A stretch of DNA of 60,685 nucleotides, the filler included, from Dugesia japonica (taxonomy: Eukaryota), in assembly GCA_001938525.1 (NCBI GenBank). It is 5 parts of 5 records of this genome, joined end to end, with 100 filler letters (N's around TTAATTAATTAA, not from the genome) between each part and the next. Parts side by side here need not be neighbours in the genome. Positions count along the whole stretch, not along the records: positions 1 to 9,638 come from MQRL01645600.1; positions 9,739 to 30,754 come from MQRL01603779.1; 3 more parts are not named here. One strand, 5' to 3'. Numbering within the stretch: position 1 is the first letter of the stretch; every line of letters starts with the position of its first letter. Below the pieces are notes generated by a model, which was not told the DNA's origin, did not search any database, and saw nothing but the letters and a program-made list of their open reading frames with translations. The translations under genes and the position numbers were made by a program. This document shows positions 1 to 13,163 of this stretch, one piece after another.

Positions 1-32
1 ATAGATTATGAGAACCACAAATATTAACTTAC

Positions 33-3000
33 ATAAGTTAATAATTTTGTAAGATTTTTTTCTTTAAAACTTTCGATAATTGTAGAAACTTTGAAAATTG
101 GACAATATTTTAACAATTTATCAGAACCATTATAAGTACAATTCTTAGAAATTTGTCCAACTACGTCATCCTGTATATTCGATCTAAATTAAAACCATTT
201 GTTCTAAAAAAAATTAAAAATAATATTTAACCTTTCTACGTTTACATGATCGAATACGATTTTATTTTTTATCAAAATAGTGTAATTTGGTATATCTTTT
301 ATTATATTAGTTGATAAGTCTGCATTCTTATCATTTTCTAACGGATACCAATTTATAATTTCACATGTCTTATAATCTGATGTAGCTTGAAGACATGTCC
401 CAGTCATAACTCCTAAAAAAATACATAATTCATTAGAAATATTTAATGTAAATATTCTTTTAATATAATTTAATCAATATCAGGTAAGGATTTTACAATT
501 AAAAAAATGGCAAGAATAATCATTGGACTACTGATCACATTTATAAATTTTAATTAAAAAGATTGGATATAAATGATTTTATTTCTGTTAGCAAGCCTCA
601 TTTTTGACGGAAATCTTCTTCAGTGATTTTTTTTCTCTGCCAATAACAGGGTTGGCGAATCTTTTTCAGATCGCTTTAAAGCAATATAATTTAAATGTAA
701 ATCAATATGACTTTTGTTGTTTTACTGCTTATGATAAAAGTTTTATATCTGGAGAATATTGTGTAATTTTCAAACCTACGCAAGCTGTACTCAAGTCATC
801 AGTCAAACTGTGATTTATGTCCGATTTTATGAAATTCATCGTTGAAAACAACTATTCGCGCGAGTAACAAGATGAGAAAATCGACAAAATTGCCATTGCT
901 TCTTTGTGCCGACAGTTGAAGTCTCATGGAAATCAATCCAGACGCTTATCATCTCATTTTCAAACGAAATTTGTGGTTTAATTTCATTGCAACGATCACG
1001 TTCTTTTTGGCAAGATTAGTTTGAAGTGTTAGGAAACACATACACAACAACAAACCAGATAAATATACAAACACGCAAAGCAATACAAATATTCAAATGT
1101 GTTCATCAGCCAGTCAAACTTCAATTCCTCAATTCAAATTCAACTGCTTATTCTATGATCAGTTTTGTTCATGACATTCATATATGATCAATTTTATTTT
1201 AACAATTTCAATTACATTTTATTTGTGACAATTGTATATCGTTGAATAATCAATTTTATTTTATTCGTGACAATTTATTTTATGCGATGCAATTTTAATT
1301 TTATTCTGTTTCTATTTTTACTGTAATATACTTTGGTGATTTGTTTTTACTAACAATAGGTATGTACAAATTTAATGGTTAATTTTATTGAAAATTTTTT
1401 AAATATTTATTTTAATTTGTAAAATTTTCAATTTCATGTTGGGTTTGTATGTTACGACCGAACGGTCGATTTGATATAAATACGCGCACAAATTTTAGTT
1501 CTGCGCCCTCTTTTTGAAATCATAAGTAGTGTCGAGGTTTACCCGAACCAACACTCTGTGATCAAAATAATATCGCCTTAATTATTAAATAATTGTAAAA
1601 GTTTTTGATTAGAATATATATTTCAAAAGTAAAAATCTTTTTATTTTTTCATATAAGGTCTACTATATAGTCTACGTATAATAATCTTTAAGGTTATATA
1701 GGAAAATATTTAAGTGTAATATATAATTAATTTGATTATTCGATATTTAATTAAACTCGCGCAACTGTTGGTTTGGGTTCGTAATAATACCGAATTCATC
1801 TCACCAGAACTAATCATTGGATCATTAATATCAAAACTCAAATTTATGAAAAATTTATTCACAAACAAATTTAAAAATTCATATTCAAAGCGAAATATAT
1901 CAAATATCAGCATTTTGTAAAATATTCCAATTTAAAATTTCATTAATGTGACATTTTAAAATACAGCAAAATTAATTTCACTCACAATATTTTATTCTCA
2001 ATTTAATTTAGAATTTTATATATTTTATTTAATAATTTTTTTAATATCAAATTTAAAAATACAGTAAAAAAACATTTCACTGACAATATTTTATAGCCTA
2101 TTCTTTTTAAATTTTTATCTTTTATTTTATTTAAAATTTTAATAATTAAAAATACATTAAAAATTATATTTTATTGACAAACCGAAATTTGAAAATTTAA
2201 AGAATATTAACAAAATTACAAAAAGTTCAATACACATTTAATTTTTTTTATAAATAATGAAAAAGAATTTATCTATTTATAAATTATTTTATAATATAAA
2301 TTTAAATATTTAACAAAACTGATTTCAATACATTTCGCTTAAAACACAAAAAATTCAAATCTGCTTTAAAAAACTATCTTACAAAGTCATTTGTGTTTAC
2401 TTAGATAGTGACGTTTAACGGATAATGTTCTACAAACAATGCATTCAGAAAAAATGGCACACCAAGTCTTATTTGGTTTGTTGATTATTCCATATCTCTC
2501 AATATCCTCATATTTCCAATATCCTCAATTCGTCTTCTGAAAGTTCTGTTTTTCAGGTTTTGAACACTACATTTGATTTTACAAATTTATTACTTTAATT
2601 TATTCAAATATGTAAAGAAAAATATTATTGATTTACTGAATAAATTTTATTTTATTAATGACAATTATGTAAACATGGCAATTCAAGCGAGATTTCATTT
2701 AAATTAGCTAGCATTTCATGTTAAAAATTGTTCTGAACTCTTTCCTCGTCTAGTGAAAGAATAATAGAATATAATTTATGAGTTTAATAATAAGAAATAA
2801 AAGGAAATTATATATTGAAATATTGATATTCTGAAATCTAAAATTGACCTATTGCTCAATTACAAGTGAACAGTGTGTAAACTATTTTTACAATGAATTC
2901 ATGCTAAAGTACTAAATCCCAAGAGTATGGTGCGCCATGCGGAATCCACTCGCGTGCCATAGGTTTGCCAGCCCTGTTCTATGATATTTTTCCCATTTGA

Positions 3001-6000
3001 GAGAGTATATCGAATCTTTAACACTTGCCATTTTACTCATTCGATTAAATCTTACGTCACCTTTATCATAATTGAGAATGCAATTTCCTTAGAAGTCAGT
3101 AATTAAAACCTTCGATCTTTTTATTCTATTTTATGAGTTGTACTTTATCGCCACTTCACATCAAATTCGTTTTTGTGTTCAAAAATTTGCACTCATCACA
3201 TAAACATTCTAATAGCATATTAAAACAATATGCAATTCATCATAAAACTCGGAATTTCTTGTAGTTTTCATAGTAATTTTCACAATCTGTTCCACTTCAT
3301 TTGTTTCAATATCATTTTCATTGACTGGACGCCATTTGACTAAAGTCTTTAAAAAGATAGCCACATCTTCAGTTTAGACCCTTTAAATTTAACCAAAACA
3401 AATTAGGTATCGTTCAAACCGCAATGAGTTCATAGACATTTTTGCAATTATTACAAATTTAAATTTAATTTACTATGTCAAATTAGATATCATTCAACCC
3501 GTAAAGAGACAAAAAACCTTTTTATCTGAATACACAACCTTCTGATGTACTCTTATCATTAATTTAATAATAAATATCTAATAAGCCTTTTAATTTTATC
3601 TGACCATATTAAAATTAGTTATCATTCCAGCCAAAATGTGATTACAAACATTTCTAATACGTTTACGTAACCTGGTGACATAACTTTACTATTATTTATT
3701 TAATCAAAACGCTGTAAACCATTTTATTTTATGTTAATCATGTTAAAAATGTATCGTTCAAACCGTAATGAAATGACAGAGATTTATATTACGATTACAC
3801 AAACGTCTGGCGGATCCTTGCCATTCAAAATCTTGTATACCCATTAGAACTTTTAATTTTATGTTAACCATATCAATTAAAGCAACATTCAAAAAATAAA
3901 ATTACGAAAGTTTCATACATAATTATGTAACCAACTAACTTAGCCTTAACCATTTATTAATTAATCAAAACCTAGTAAACTCTTTATTTTAATTTTAACC
4001 ATATCATTTTAGGTTATCTTCCGAATCGAAATTTCTAGGATGTTTACAAAGTTGTATAATGAAACCATAACTATTTAATAGTACTATAAGAAAGAACAGA
4101 TTTAAAATTTTTTCACTTGAAAAACGGAATTTAGTAAAATATAAAGTATATTTAAAATTATATCGAGAAAATAAAATAAACTTTCTGAATAAAAATTTAA
4201 TTAAGGAAAATAAACTGATTAAATTTAATTCTAGAGAACCTTTTTCGTTTCTCTAATAATCGGTAGATATTTAAAATTTAATTAACACTCATAAAAAATA
4301 ATTAGTTATCCAACCATTTCCCAGATATAAAATCCTATCTTTCTGACAATCGGCATCAGTTACACAAGTTGAATTTTTCACGTTTCGATTCTAATATACA
4401 TAATTAAGTTAATCAAATTTAAAAAAATATACTTCCAGAAAAACTCTTTGGTTTTGATTGTAAGTTGCTATGAAATTGGTAGTAATAAATATTCCATTTT
4501 CTTCCTAAAAAGATTTCATTAAAAACAGGCATACACTATGAGTTTCAAAGCATAATAAATACATAAGCACCTCATGAAATTGTGTATCAATAGACGATTT
4601 TTATTGGACAGGTAGCTTTGTAGATTGAGTAAATGGCGAATGTATAGACGTTAATATGAAGAGCTGGAAGAATATTGTAAACGATTTCATTTTAAAGTTG
4701 ATTTTATTGCTGAAGATACGGATAGTATTTCCTTATCATGTATCGGGGTAGATAAAAACAGCTTTTGTCCTGAATGAAATGGTATCATCTGCTAGATAAG
4801 AGCAATTATTCAAAAGATAATTCACTCTATTATAGTAATTTTGTCAATAAAATTGGATTGTTTAAAGATGAAAAGCAAGGTGAATGGGTATTCCTATGTT
4901 CAAAATGTTATAATTTGAAAAAGGAAGATTACAATACAATGATGAAGGTGAAAGAAATCAGTTTAAAACAAATCGATATCAATCATCAAAACTATTTAAA
5001 TATGTGCAATGAAGATAAAGAACAATATAAAAGGATCTAAGCAAGTCTAGTTTCAAAACATCAATAGGATTACACAATAAAGAGTATGAAACGCGTGTTT
5101 TAAAATGATAAGCGTTTTGAAGAGGAAGTAATACTAATATGGTCCATGGCTATTTTAAAGTTATTAATTAAATAATAACTTTATAATAGCTGTTTTAATT
5201 ACATCTGTGGATTCCAATTTTAACAACTTATTAATTATTATGATATTAAAAGTTATTTTTGTTTAACCATATTAATTTAAATGTTTGACAAATCTATAAT
5301 CATTTGTTTAACTGGGTTAATTTATTTACCATTTACAGTTATTTTTCAAAATTTAAATTATAAAGTAAATGTTTATTTTAATTGTTATTTTATTTTACAT
5401 ATTTACTTTTATAGATTTAAATAATATGTCTCATGAAATTTTAACTATGAGAAATGGAATTCAAACAAAACTATTATTGAAACAATGTATAAAAGTAATT
5501 TTTAATGATATCATTAATAATAATTTTACTTAGAATACAAATTATATATTGATTTCATTAATTATACTCAGACGAAGCGTAATTTTACTTAAACATATTT
5601 ATTAAGAATTATTTTCTTCGGGTGAGCAGCTAACATTAATGGAACTGGGAACATATAATGTCAGGAGCATTGAATAGTTTGTTCAAGGAGCATCTAATGT
5701 CGGTTTCAGTCAAGAGTGCGTACCCATAGACATCTAAGTTTGTACCCTGTAAAAACTTATGTTTCCAACAAACATCTCATAGTATGAACCCTGAAACACT
5801 TGATATTTAAGTCATTGAAAGAATATTAATATTGATTAGTTTAGCATTGAATAGTTTTTTCTAGGATCATTTAATATCGGATAGATGAGGCTCCAGCGGT
5901 TTACATCTTAGGACGGGACGTGAATAGTCGGAATAACTGCCGCGCTGTACATCGTCGGAGCAATCAATGTAATGATACGGAAGGAAAACAAGACTGTTAC

Positions 6001-9000
6001 TGGAACAATGCATGAAAATAATTATTAATGATTTGATGATTTAAACTAATTAACTTATAAAAAAATTAATTAATGTGTTATTCTATAGACTCTTTAAAAT
6101 TTCTATAACATAACTATCCTTCAGCTTAAATATTTAGACTGCCCTGAACATATATATTTAGACTGCCCTGAGCATAAATATTTAGGCTGCCCTGAGCATT
6201 TTAGTTAACTCATACAACTAAAATATACTTAACTCATTTTTGCAACACAAAAGCTGCACTACTACAACACACACCCCTAAGAACTTAGACTGTCCGAACA
6301 TTCAACATCTAGACTGCACGAACAAAAAACAGACAATTTGAACAATAATCTAAAAAATCCCTCCCACCGTTAAAAAACCACGATTTTTAAAGATTCACAC
6401 ATACACATACCCGAATTTTCAAACCATATTTTTTCCTTTTCCCCACTCTCCCCTCTAATCTCATAAAAATTATTTTTACCCCTTCTACACAACTTACTAA
6501 CGATTTACCACAAAATATCAATACGCCCAAAACCCCATCACCTTTCTTCACCCTCTTTCCAACAAACCAACTCTTTTCCAAATCCAACAAAAACTTATCA
6601 TTACATACTCCTTTTACCCAAAACGCGTGATAACCCATCATGCTGAACTGATGCGCTCACTATTCTGGAACCCACTACCCATTTTCACCCTTAGTTAACT
6701 TTGGCAACATATATGTTGGGGTTTTATCTAGGTGGGCTGATTTTTTAATAATTAAGTGTAGGGTTTTCGGCCTAGTAAACCCCGCGAAGAATTTAATCTG
6801 GCGCCCCTAAAAATCTAGATCTTCGGAATGTAACCATTGGCTCAGAATCCGAGTACAGACTCGCACTCATTTGGTTTGGGTTTATATTTATATCGCTTGA
6901 TTTTTAAATCATACTTGATTCGTACTATTTATTCTCCTAGTAACTCTTATTTTATTCGTTTCTATTTTAGTGTATTATCTATTTTAATCGTAGTTAATCA
7001 TAATTTTTCTAGTTTATGGTTTAATTAATCAATAAAAATAAAAAGAAACGAGTTTAACAAGTGAAAAATATATTATAAATTTGACTGTCACTTGTACATA
7101 AATTTAACAAAACAACTAACGTGACCTGAATTTTGATCCGGAGCAAGCATAGCATGTGAATTGACATCATTTCAGTAGTCATTAACGATTCAAGAGGTCC
7201 TCCAAAATCTTTCATTTTCGAGTCGAGCCGGAAATCGTTGCACCAGTAATCAAACAGAAAATATAATCTAATTCTGTGATTATTAAAAATTTCCGTTCAA
7301 CTTCAGTATTTTCTTGAAAAAAGATAATTTTTTGGTGAAAATTACATCGGTATTTATACCGGTTTCTCTTCACACCCTCGTTCCTTCTATTGGTTAATAA
7401 TTGTTCTTGGCATTTTTATTGGCCGGTTATTTTAATTTTACCTCATGATTTCTTCTTATTGTGCAGAATTTTGGAATTCAAAAATTATTGGAGTTCTATT
7501 GGTCAACCTTCAGACCCTTATAACTTCTTTATGGATCTTGTTACGATTTTCTAACTTGTAGTTTTGAATTCACAGAATTTTTCTTATCCATAATTTTCTT
7601 ATCTGCCAATTTTAATTCAAGCGAAAACCTTCACTTTTCTTATTTTTTGACAAATAATTTATTTTCTGCTTCAAAATAAATCGTTTTAATTCATGTGAAT
7701 TCTTTTAATTAAATAAATAAATAATTTTATTTTATTCATAAAATTTAATTATATGTTCATTTCTTTGTTCTTCTCATCTAAATTTAATTTAATTTCGCTG
7801 TTTTCTTCTACTAATTAACTCATTTAATTTATTTTCTGTACGTTGATTATTCATTTCCCTCGACTTTCTTTCTTTCAGTTAATGCATTACTTTCTTCCAT
7901 TATTAATTATCCTTTCTTTGTTCTCTCAGTTTGTTTGTGTCTTCCAACATTTCTTTTCTCTTTTTGTGACTCAATAAGTAACAGATCATCCCCCATATTT
8001 AGTTCCTTAATTTCGATTTTTTCTTTAATTATTCCTTTTGGTAACTGGTCTGACTCCTTCTTTTGTCTGTATTCTTCATTTTCCTTCTTGTGACATTCTT
8101 TTGAATTTCGAGTTTACCTATCGCTGGTATATTTTCTATTTTCTGGTGTTTCACCCCAACATATATAAAACTTTCGAGAGCCAGAACAAATTCATTATTA
8201 AACTCCCAAAAATACATACACACATCTACACACACCTTTTGACTTTTTTTCATTTTTTCAACATACTACATTCACACACAACCTTCACCCAAATATACTC
8301 ATCCAAAACCCACAAAAAATACCACCCAACCTCAATACTACCAACACCCACAAAAAAAATATCCAGCCAAAATTTTGTTCAAAAAAATTACCACAAAAAT
8401 TCCCATAAATTAAAAAGGAATGGCATTGAATGCCTTGTCCAAATATTCACGCATATGTCCATAAAACTCAAAAATACAGAATAAAATTATTAATATTTTT
8501 TCAAATAATTATTAATAGTTTTGTATAATTATTAATAACTCTGTAATATCTATATACAAATTCCAGTGGTAGGACAAAGTTCAAACAAGTATATGTCGGC
8601 ACCATGGGGGAGAAATACCATTTCTACTTACAAAGAAATGAAAAATATATCAAAAAGCAACAGGATTATAGACAATAAAAAAACAAATAAAATTCAAACG
8701 TTTACTCAATTTATTTTTTGTTTTTTTTATTGTCATTTTTAATATTCAATTGAAATGGAAATTTATTAAACTCAATGATCTTGATTCAATCGAACAAACT
8801 ATTGCGTATCTAATGAAAGCAAAAACATTTATCAAAAATTGTATGAAAATATGAGCTTTTTATTTTATGCTACGATAATTAAAATTTATTCCCGATTTCA
8901 TTATCCATAAATAATTACATTGATAATGACTTATTTCCTGTATGAAACAAACTAATTCTATATGCATAAGATAATTTAAAAACAAAGCTTAGAACGAGAC

Positions 9001-9617
9001 ATGATTTCGCTTGATGTTTTAAAATTTCACAGTAACAATGGAAAGTCGATTATAATCAAATATATAAACATTTGTTCGTACCTAAAGAAAATTTATTTCA
9101 GCAAACAAAATTCTTCNTGAACAAACAAGAAAATATCATGTGAGAACATTGACTTTGAAAAAAATTTAATCGGATTTTAATTATAACGTTATAATGCTTA
9201 AAACTAAGGGACCTCACTAGTCAAAGGATTATATGAAATTAAATTAGGAACTGACTTATTCTAATATAATTATATAAAATAATAAAAATGTAATAAAATA
9301 TGTAACCAGAGGAGGAACCACAGAATCTACACTATCCCATATTCTTCTTCGCTCATTATTCGTCATCCCAATACCATTGAGTTTAATAACAACACTACTT
9401 GATGTTGTATAAGATTTTTGATGGCTATTAAAAAAATACGCTAAACACCTGAAAAAATAAAAATAATTACTATTTATGAATCTAATAAAATTTACAAAAC
9501 AATGACTGCATAAACAAAAATTTTCAAAATTAGTTCACAGAAGGTCAACCCTTTAATTGGAAGTAGAAGTATTTTATTAACTTGATATTTATACACAAAA
9601 CGTTTACAAAACGACAT
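33..9617 (-). CDS. P2RX: P2X purinoceptor, divergent, 5' part (continues beyond left edge). Exons 9617-9496, 9448-9307, uncertain exon(s) within ~9260-9082, 412-232, 183-33
   Basis: Manual splicing at GT-AG sites keeps frame. The pieces read MSFCKRFVYKYQVNKILLL..TM1; SSSVVIKLNGIG..RIWDSVDSVVPP; GVMTGTC..KTCEIINWYPLE..NYTILIKN; ERSNI..NCTY..YCPIFKV. These match the P2X motifs SSVxxKxKG, WDxADY, GxxTGxC, CExxxWCP, NFTxxIKN and CPIF. Short introns at 9449-9495 and 184-231. Confidence 0.9.
647..2976 (-). mobile_element. Internally deleted hAT (Charlie/GTF2IRD2-like) DNA transposon inside the P2X intron
   Basis: Imperfect TIRs CAGGGTTGGCGAATCT (647) and AGGTTTGCCAGCCCTG (ends 2976). Minus-strand remnants of the hAT C-terminal dimerisation region (LFSTMNFIKS..LTDDLSTACVGLKITQYSPDI..QQKSY, ~700-900) and an N-terminal zinc-finger piece (CIVCRTLSVKRHYLSKH, ~2395-2445). 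No clean TSD seen. Confidence 0.8.
3390..4030. repeat. Degenerate tandem repeat with ~132-bp period
   Basis: The motif aaattagNtatcNttcaaNcc recurs near 3400, 3480, 3612, 3747, 3880 and 4009. Confidence 0.55.
4560..5170 (+). pseudogene. Polinton/Maverick protein-primed DNA polymerase B, C-terminal fragment
   Basis: LIAEDTDS (PolB YxDTDS motif), LDKSNY..KIGLFKDE..EWVFLCSKCY and DKR near the end, with stops and frameshifts. Confidence 0.8.
6128..6325. repeat. Short tandem repeat, ~22-bp unit (atatttagactgccctgaRcat) x3 plus two degenerate copies
   Basis: Directly visible. Confidence 0.75.
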
Positions 9618-9682
9618 CCTAGCAAAATGAATTTAATTNNNNNNNNNNNNNNNNNNNNNNNNNNNNNNNNNNNNNNNNNNNN

Positions 9683-9694
9683 TTAATTAATTAA
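9683..9694. other. Assembly linker TTAATTAATTAA (also ~26064, 30799, ~33479, 39478, 49328)
   Basis: The identical 12-mer with stops in all six frames sits between N runs or at abrupt context switches. Confidence 0.85.
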
Positions 9695-9761
9695 NNNNNN
9701 NNNNNNNNNNNNNNNNNNNNNNNNNNNNNNNNNNNNNNTATATATATAAATGATAAAATAA

Positions 9762-12700
9762 TTAAATTACTTTAACATCTATTACTGATATTTGCTTAAT
9801 GATCAAAGTTACAGCTTTTTCGATAGTCATTTTTGTTAAATTAATATATATTGATCGAACAATGCAGAAACCTAACCAGCCACTAGGTTTATATTTTTTT
9901 TCCACCAATACTGGAATTTGAAGTTTATTTAGTTTGTAGGCATATTGTGCTTCTGAATTATATAGGAAATTATTATACGGTGGTTCAAAAAATATTGCTT
10001 TTTTCAATTTTTATTATAGGTATAACAATAATACAAAAATATAAAAAACTAGTAGAGGGATAGTAGGGCACGGGCACAATTTACACCCCATTTCCTCTCA
10101 TCTCAAGGAAGAAGGGCTCGGCAACCGCTTACGATTGTGCTGGGTTTTTGTAAGATTTTTGGGATCAGAAAAGTTTGATCCTGAAAGTGTGTGTGTATTC
10201 TTAATTTTTAAAATTTGTGTGTGTTTGGAAAAATGTGTGTTAATTTAAAGTATGCCAAGTTGAGTTTGTGTGTGGGTGAGTGAATGTGTGTGAAATAGTG
10301 AAATTAGACTCGAAGGAGGTCTCGAGATCTTAAAAATGTTTTTTTTGGGGTTTTAAGGATTTGAATGTGGTTGGATATAAATTCTGTCTATAAATTGTTT
10401 AAAGAACTAATTAGAAGGGTTTCTCATTTCTCAGTAAATATTTATTCACGGGACACGGGAATGCTAAAATGCGATTCTGTTAATTCCATAAAAATAACGT
10501 TATAATTTTATCGCAAAAAATCTTGCTTTTTTTAGAAAAAGGTAAAAAATCAAATTTTTTCTTAATATATTTATGTTTAAAAACATTTTTTACTGTCAGA
10601 AAACAAAATAAGTTAAAATATGCAGATTAAATATTTTATTTTCGATAAAACAGCTATTTTTTAACAGCTTTTTCTTTTTATAAAGATTTTTAAGCCATAA
10701 AATAGGTATTCATTTTATTTTATTCATATAACTGTAAAAAAATACTTAAATTTCAGAATATCTAAGTTAGTTATAAATTACTGCTAAGGTCCAAAGATAA
10801 ATAATATTTGTGTTTAATACACTCAAGTGTATTTAGTACACCCTCCAATAAATTGTTAAATTTCCCGCCCAAAACATTTTCACTACAAAAATATCAAGAC
10901 TAATCCCTTCCTCTTTAAAAAATATGAAAACCTCCCCTTCCCATACAAAATACTTAAAAATTAATCTATTTTACAAAAATACTATTATTTTCAATTAATT
11001 CTTCATTTTAAGCCAAATACAACATTTTAACCAAAATTAAGCTTACATAACGATAACTTATACACCTGTGTCCGTGCGCTACCTAACTTTTAGGACAAAC
11101 CATCAATTCTACCTCATAATTCCTTTAAACAATTTAAAAACTGAATTTTCATCTAACCAGAGCCATATCCTTAAAACCTCCAAAACAATTTCCAAGATAT
11201 CGAGACCTCCATGGAGTCCAATTTCATTCTTTCACACACACACGCAAACTCTACTTGACCTACTTTGAATTAACAGACACATTTTTCCAACGGACACAAA
11301 TTTTAAAAATTAAAAATAAACACACTTTCATGATCAAAATTATCTGATCTGATAAAAAAATTATCCGATCAGAATTTTAGAAAAAATACCAGCACAATCG
11401 TAAGCAATTTCCGAACCTCCCGGAGAGGAGTAGAGGGGGTGTAAATTTTGCTAGTGCGCTTCCATCCATGAAATAGGAAAATGAATTCATTATCAAAACA
11501 CAAAAGAAAACAAATTTTCATCGATGCTTTTATTTGATTGAAAATAAAAATTTAGTATGATAAAGATTTGACGCCGTTAAATGGTTTTTCTAAAAATCTT
11601 GATTTAAGATTAGTTTTTTTAAATTAGAATAACTACTCAGATTATTATCTATATTTACAGAAATATGGTGTACATGATGTTCTACTTCTAATCCAATTAT
11701 TATATCAATTAATTTAATTTTTTCTAGTATTCTGAAACTAAACATAAAATACATTTAAATAAAAAGTTTAATGAAATAAAAATTGTTAATAAGTGACTGA
11801 TTTGTTGGTTATATTCAGTGCTTGAAAGACTGGTGGATCTACTCATACAGCTTTTGTCAAGCTATCATTGAAATATCAGGTCTGACATTTTCATTAATAA
11901 GGAGTCACTCTTTTCAATGTTCAATAATTTTAGTTAAAATTAAGTAATTTGATTACCGCTATTTATTGCCATAATGTCTTTGTCTGTATTAAGAAAGATA
12001 TCATGTATTAGATTATTAAAATTTAAAATCGAAAATTTGTTCATTCAAAATTTCAATTTTTAACCAAATATTCGTTAATTAAATTTTTCATCTATATTTT
12101 AAATTTTTTAAAAAAATGATCACTAATCACACAAAAATATCAACTCGCATTTCAAAACATACTTACTGTGAATATGTTTTGAAAAGCGAGTTGAAATTAG
12201 TGCTTTTATTGGAAACTGTTTTTTTTTAAATCCTTTTAAAAATAATTAAAAATTACAAATTAATTAAGAAGTTAAAATAATTATTTTGAAAAATAGTTTG
12301 ATTTAAAATTTTGCAATAGAAATTAATTTTAAAAAATCTTTAAAGTATTTGAATGAAAGTTAAAATTTTGAATCTTATAAAAAATAGTTTTTTAACTAGA
12401 GCATGAAGTTTTAATTTGTTTGAATAAACAAATAATGTTGTTACAGTTTTTGTTTGAATAAATTTTGTAATGAATTCGGGTTCTGATATTAATAATCCAA
12501 TGAGTATTCCAAACTCATCTAAGACTCACAATAATAAAATATTTAAATAATAAAAAAGTTCGTTTCGCTTTTAAATCAAAAAATTAAAATCAAATAGGAA
12601 TTTTAAAAATAACTACATTAAAGTATATTCACTAAAATCTAGGTTTCTTAGGGTAAATTATCGAGTTGGGTTTCGGTTGATTTTTTGGATTATCGATTTA

Positions 12701-13129
12701 TTTTTTTGAGGGTTGAATGTTAAAGGTTTGTAAATAGTATAGGTGGAAAAAAAGAATTTTGTTGAGGTGTGCTCTATTTGTCTAAGGAAGAGGAAAGAAA
12801 TTTAAAAGAAAAAGTATGGTTGAGTTTTCTGGTGTGAGTGAATTTTTGGTTAAAATCCTGGTGAAGAGGGGTAAGAGTGTTTATAGACGAAGTTTCGGAT
12901 ATTTTTTTATGTTTTGTCCGAGCTGTCTTAACGTTTATTTCTTAGATAGTTTTGATATTTTGAATGTGCTGGGCAATCTAACATTCTATAGGCAAGTGCT
13001 TTTCTGTTGCATGCANNNNNNNNNNNNNNNNNNNNNNNNNNNNNNNNNNNNNNNNNNNNNNNNNNNNNNNNNNNNNNNNNNNNNNNNNNNNNNNNNNNNN
13101 NNNNNNNNNNNNNNNNNNNNNNNNNNNNN

Positions 13130-13163
<34 letters not shown>

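Noticed and set aside
5639-5680. MELGTYNVRSIE resembling the start of a LINE APE endonuclease
   Set aside because: Too short, followed immediately by a stop, with no further endonuclease or RT motifs.
6128-6325. CRISPR-like repeat array
   Set aside because: The units are adjacent with no unique spacers, there are no cas genes, and the context is eukaryotic.
8038-8484. 148-aa ORF and similar ORFs (6387-6641, 11068-11268, 12816-13172)
   Set aside because: Low-complexity, strand-skewed repeat sequence with no recognisable domain.
9683-9694. Recurring TTAATTAATTAA as a biological motif
   Set aside because: It sits within N runs or at abrupt joins and has stops in all six frames, so it is a scaffolding linker.
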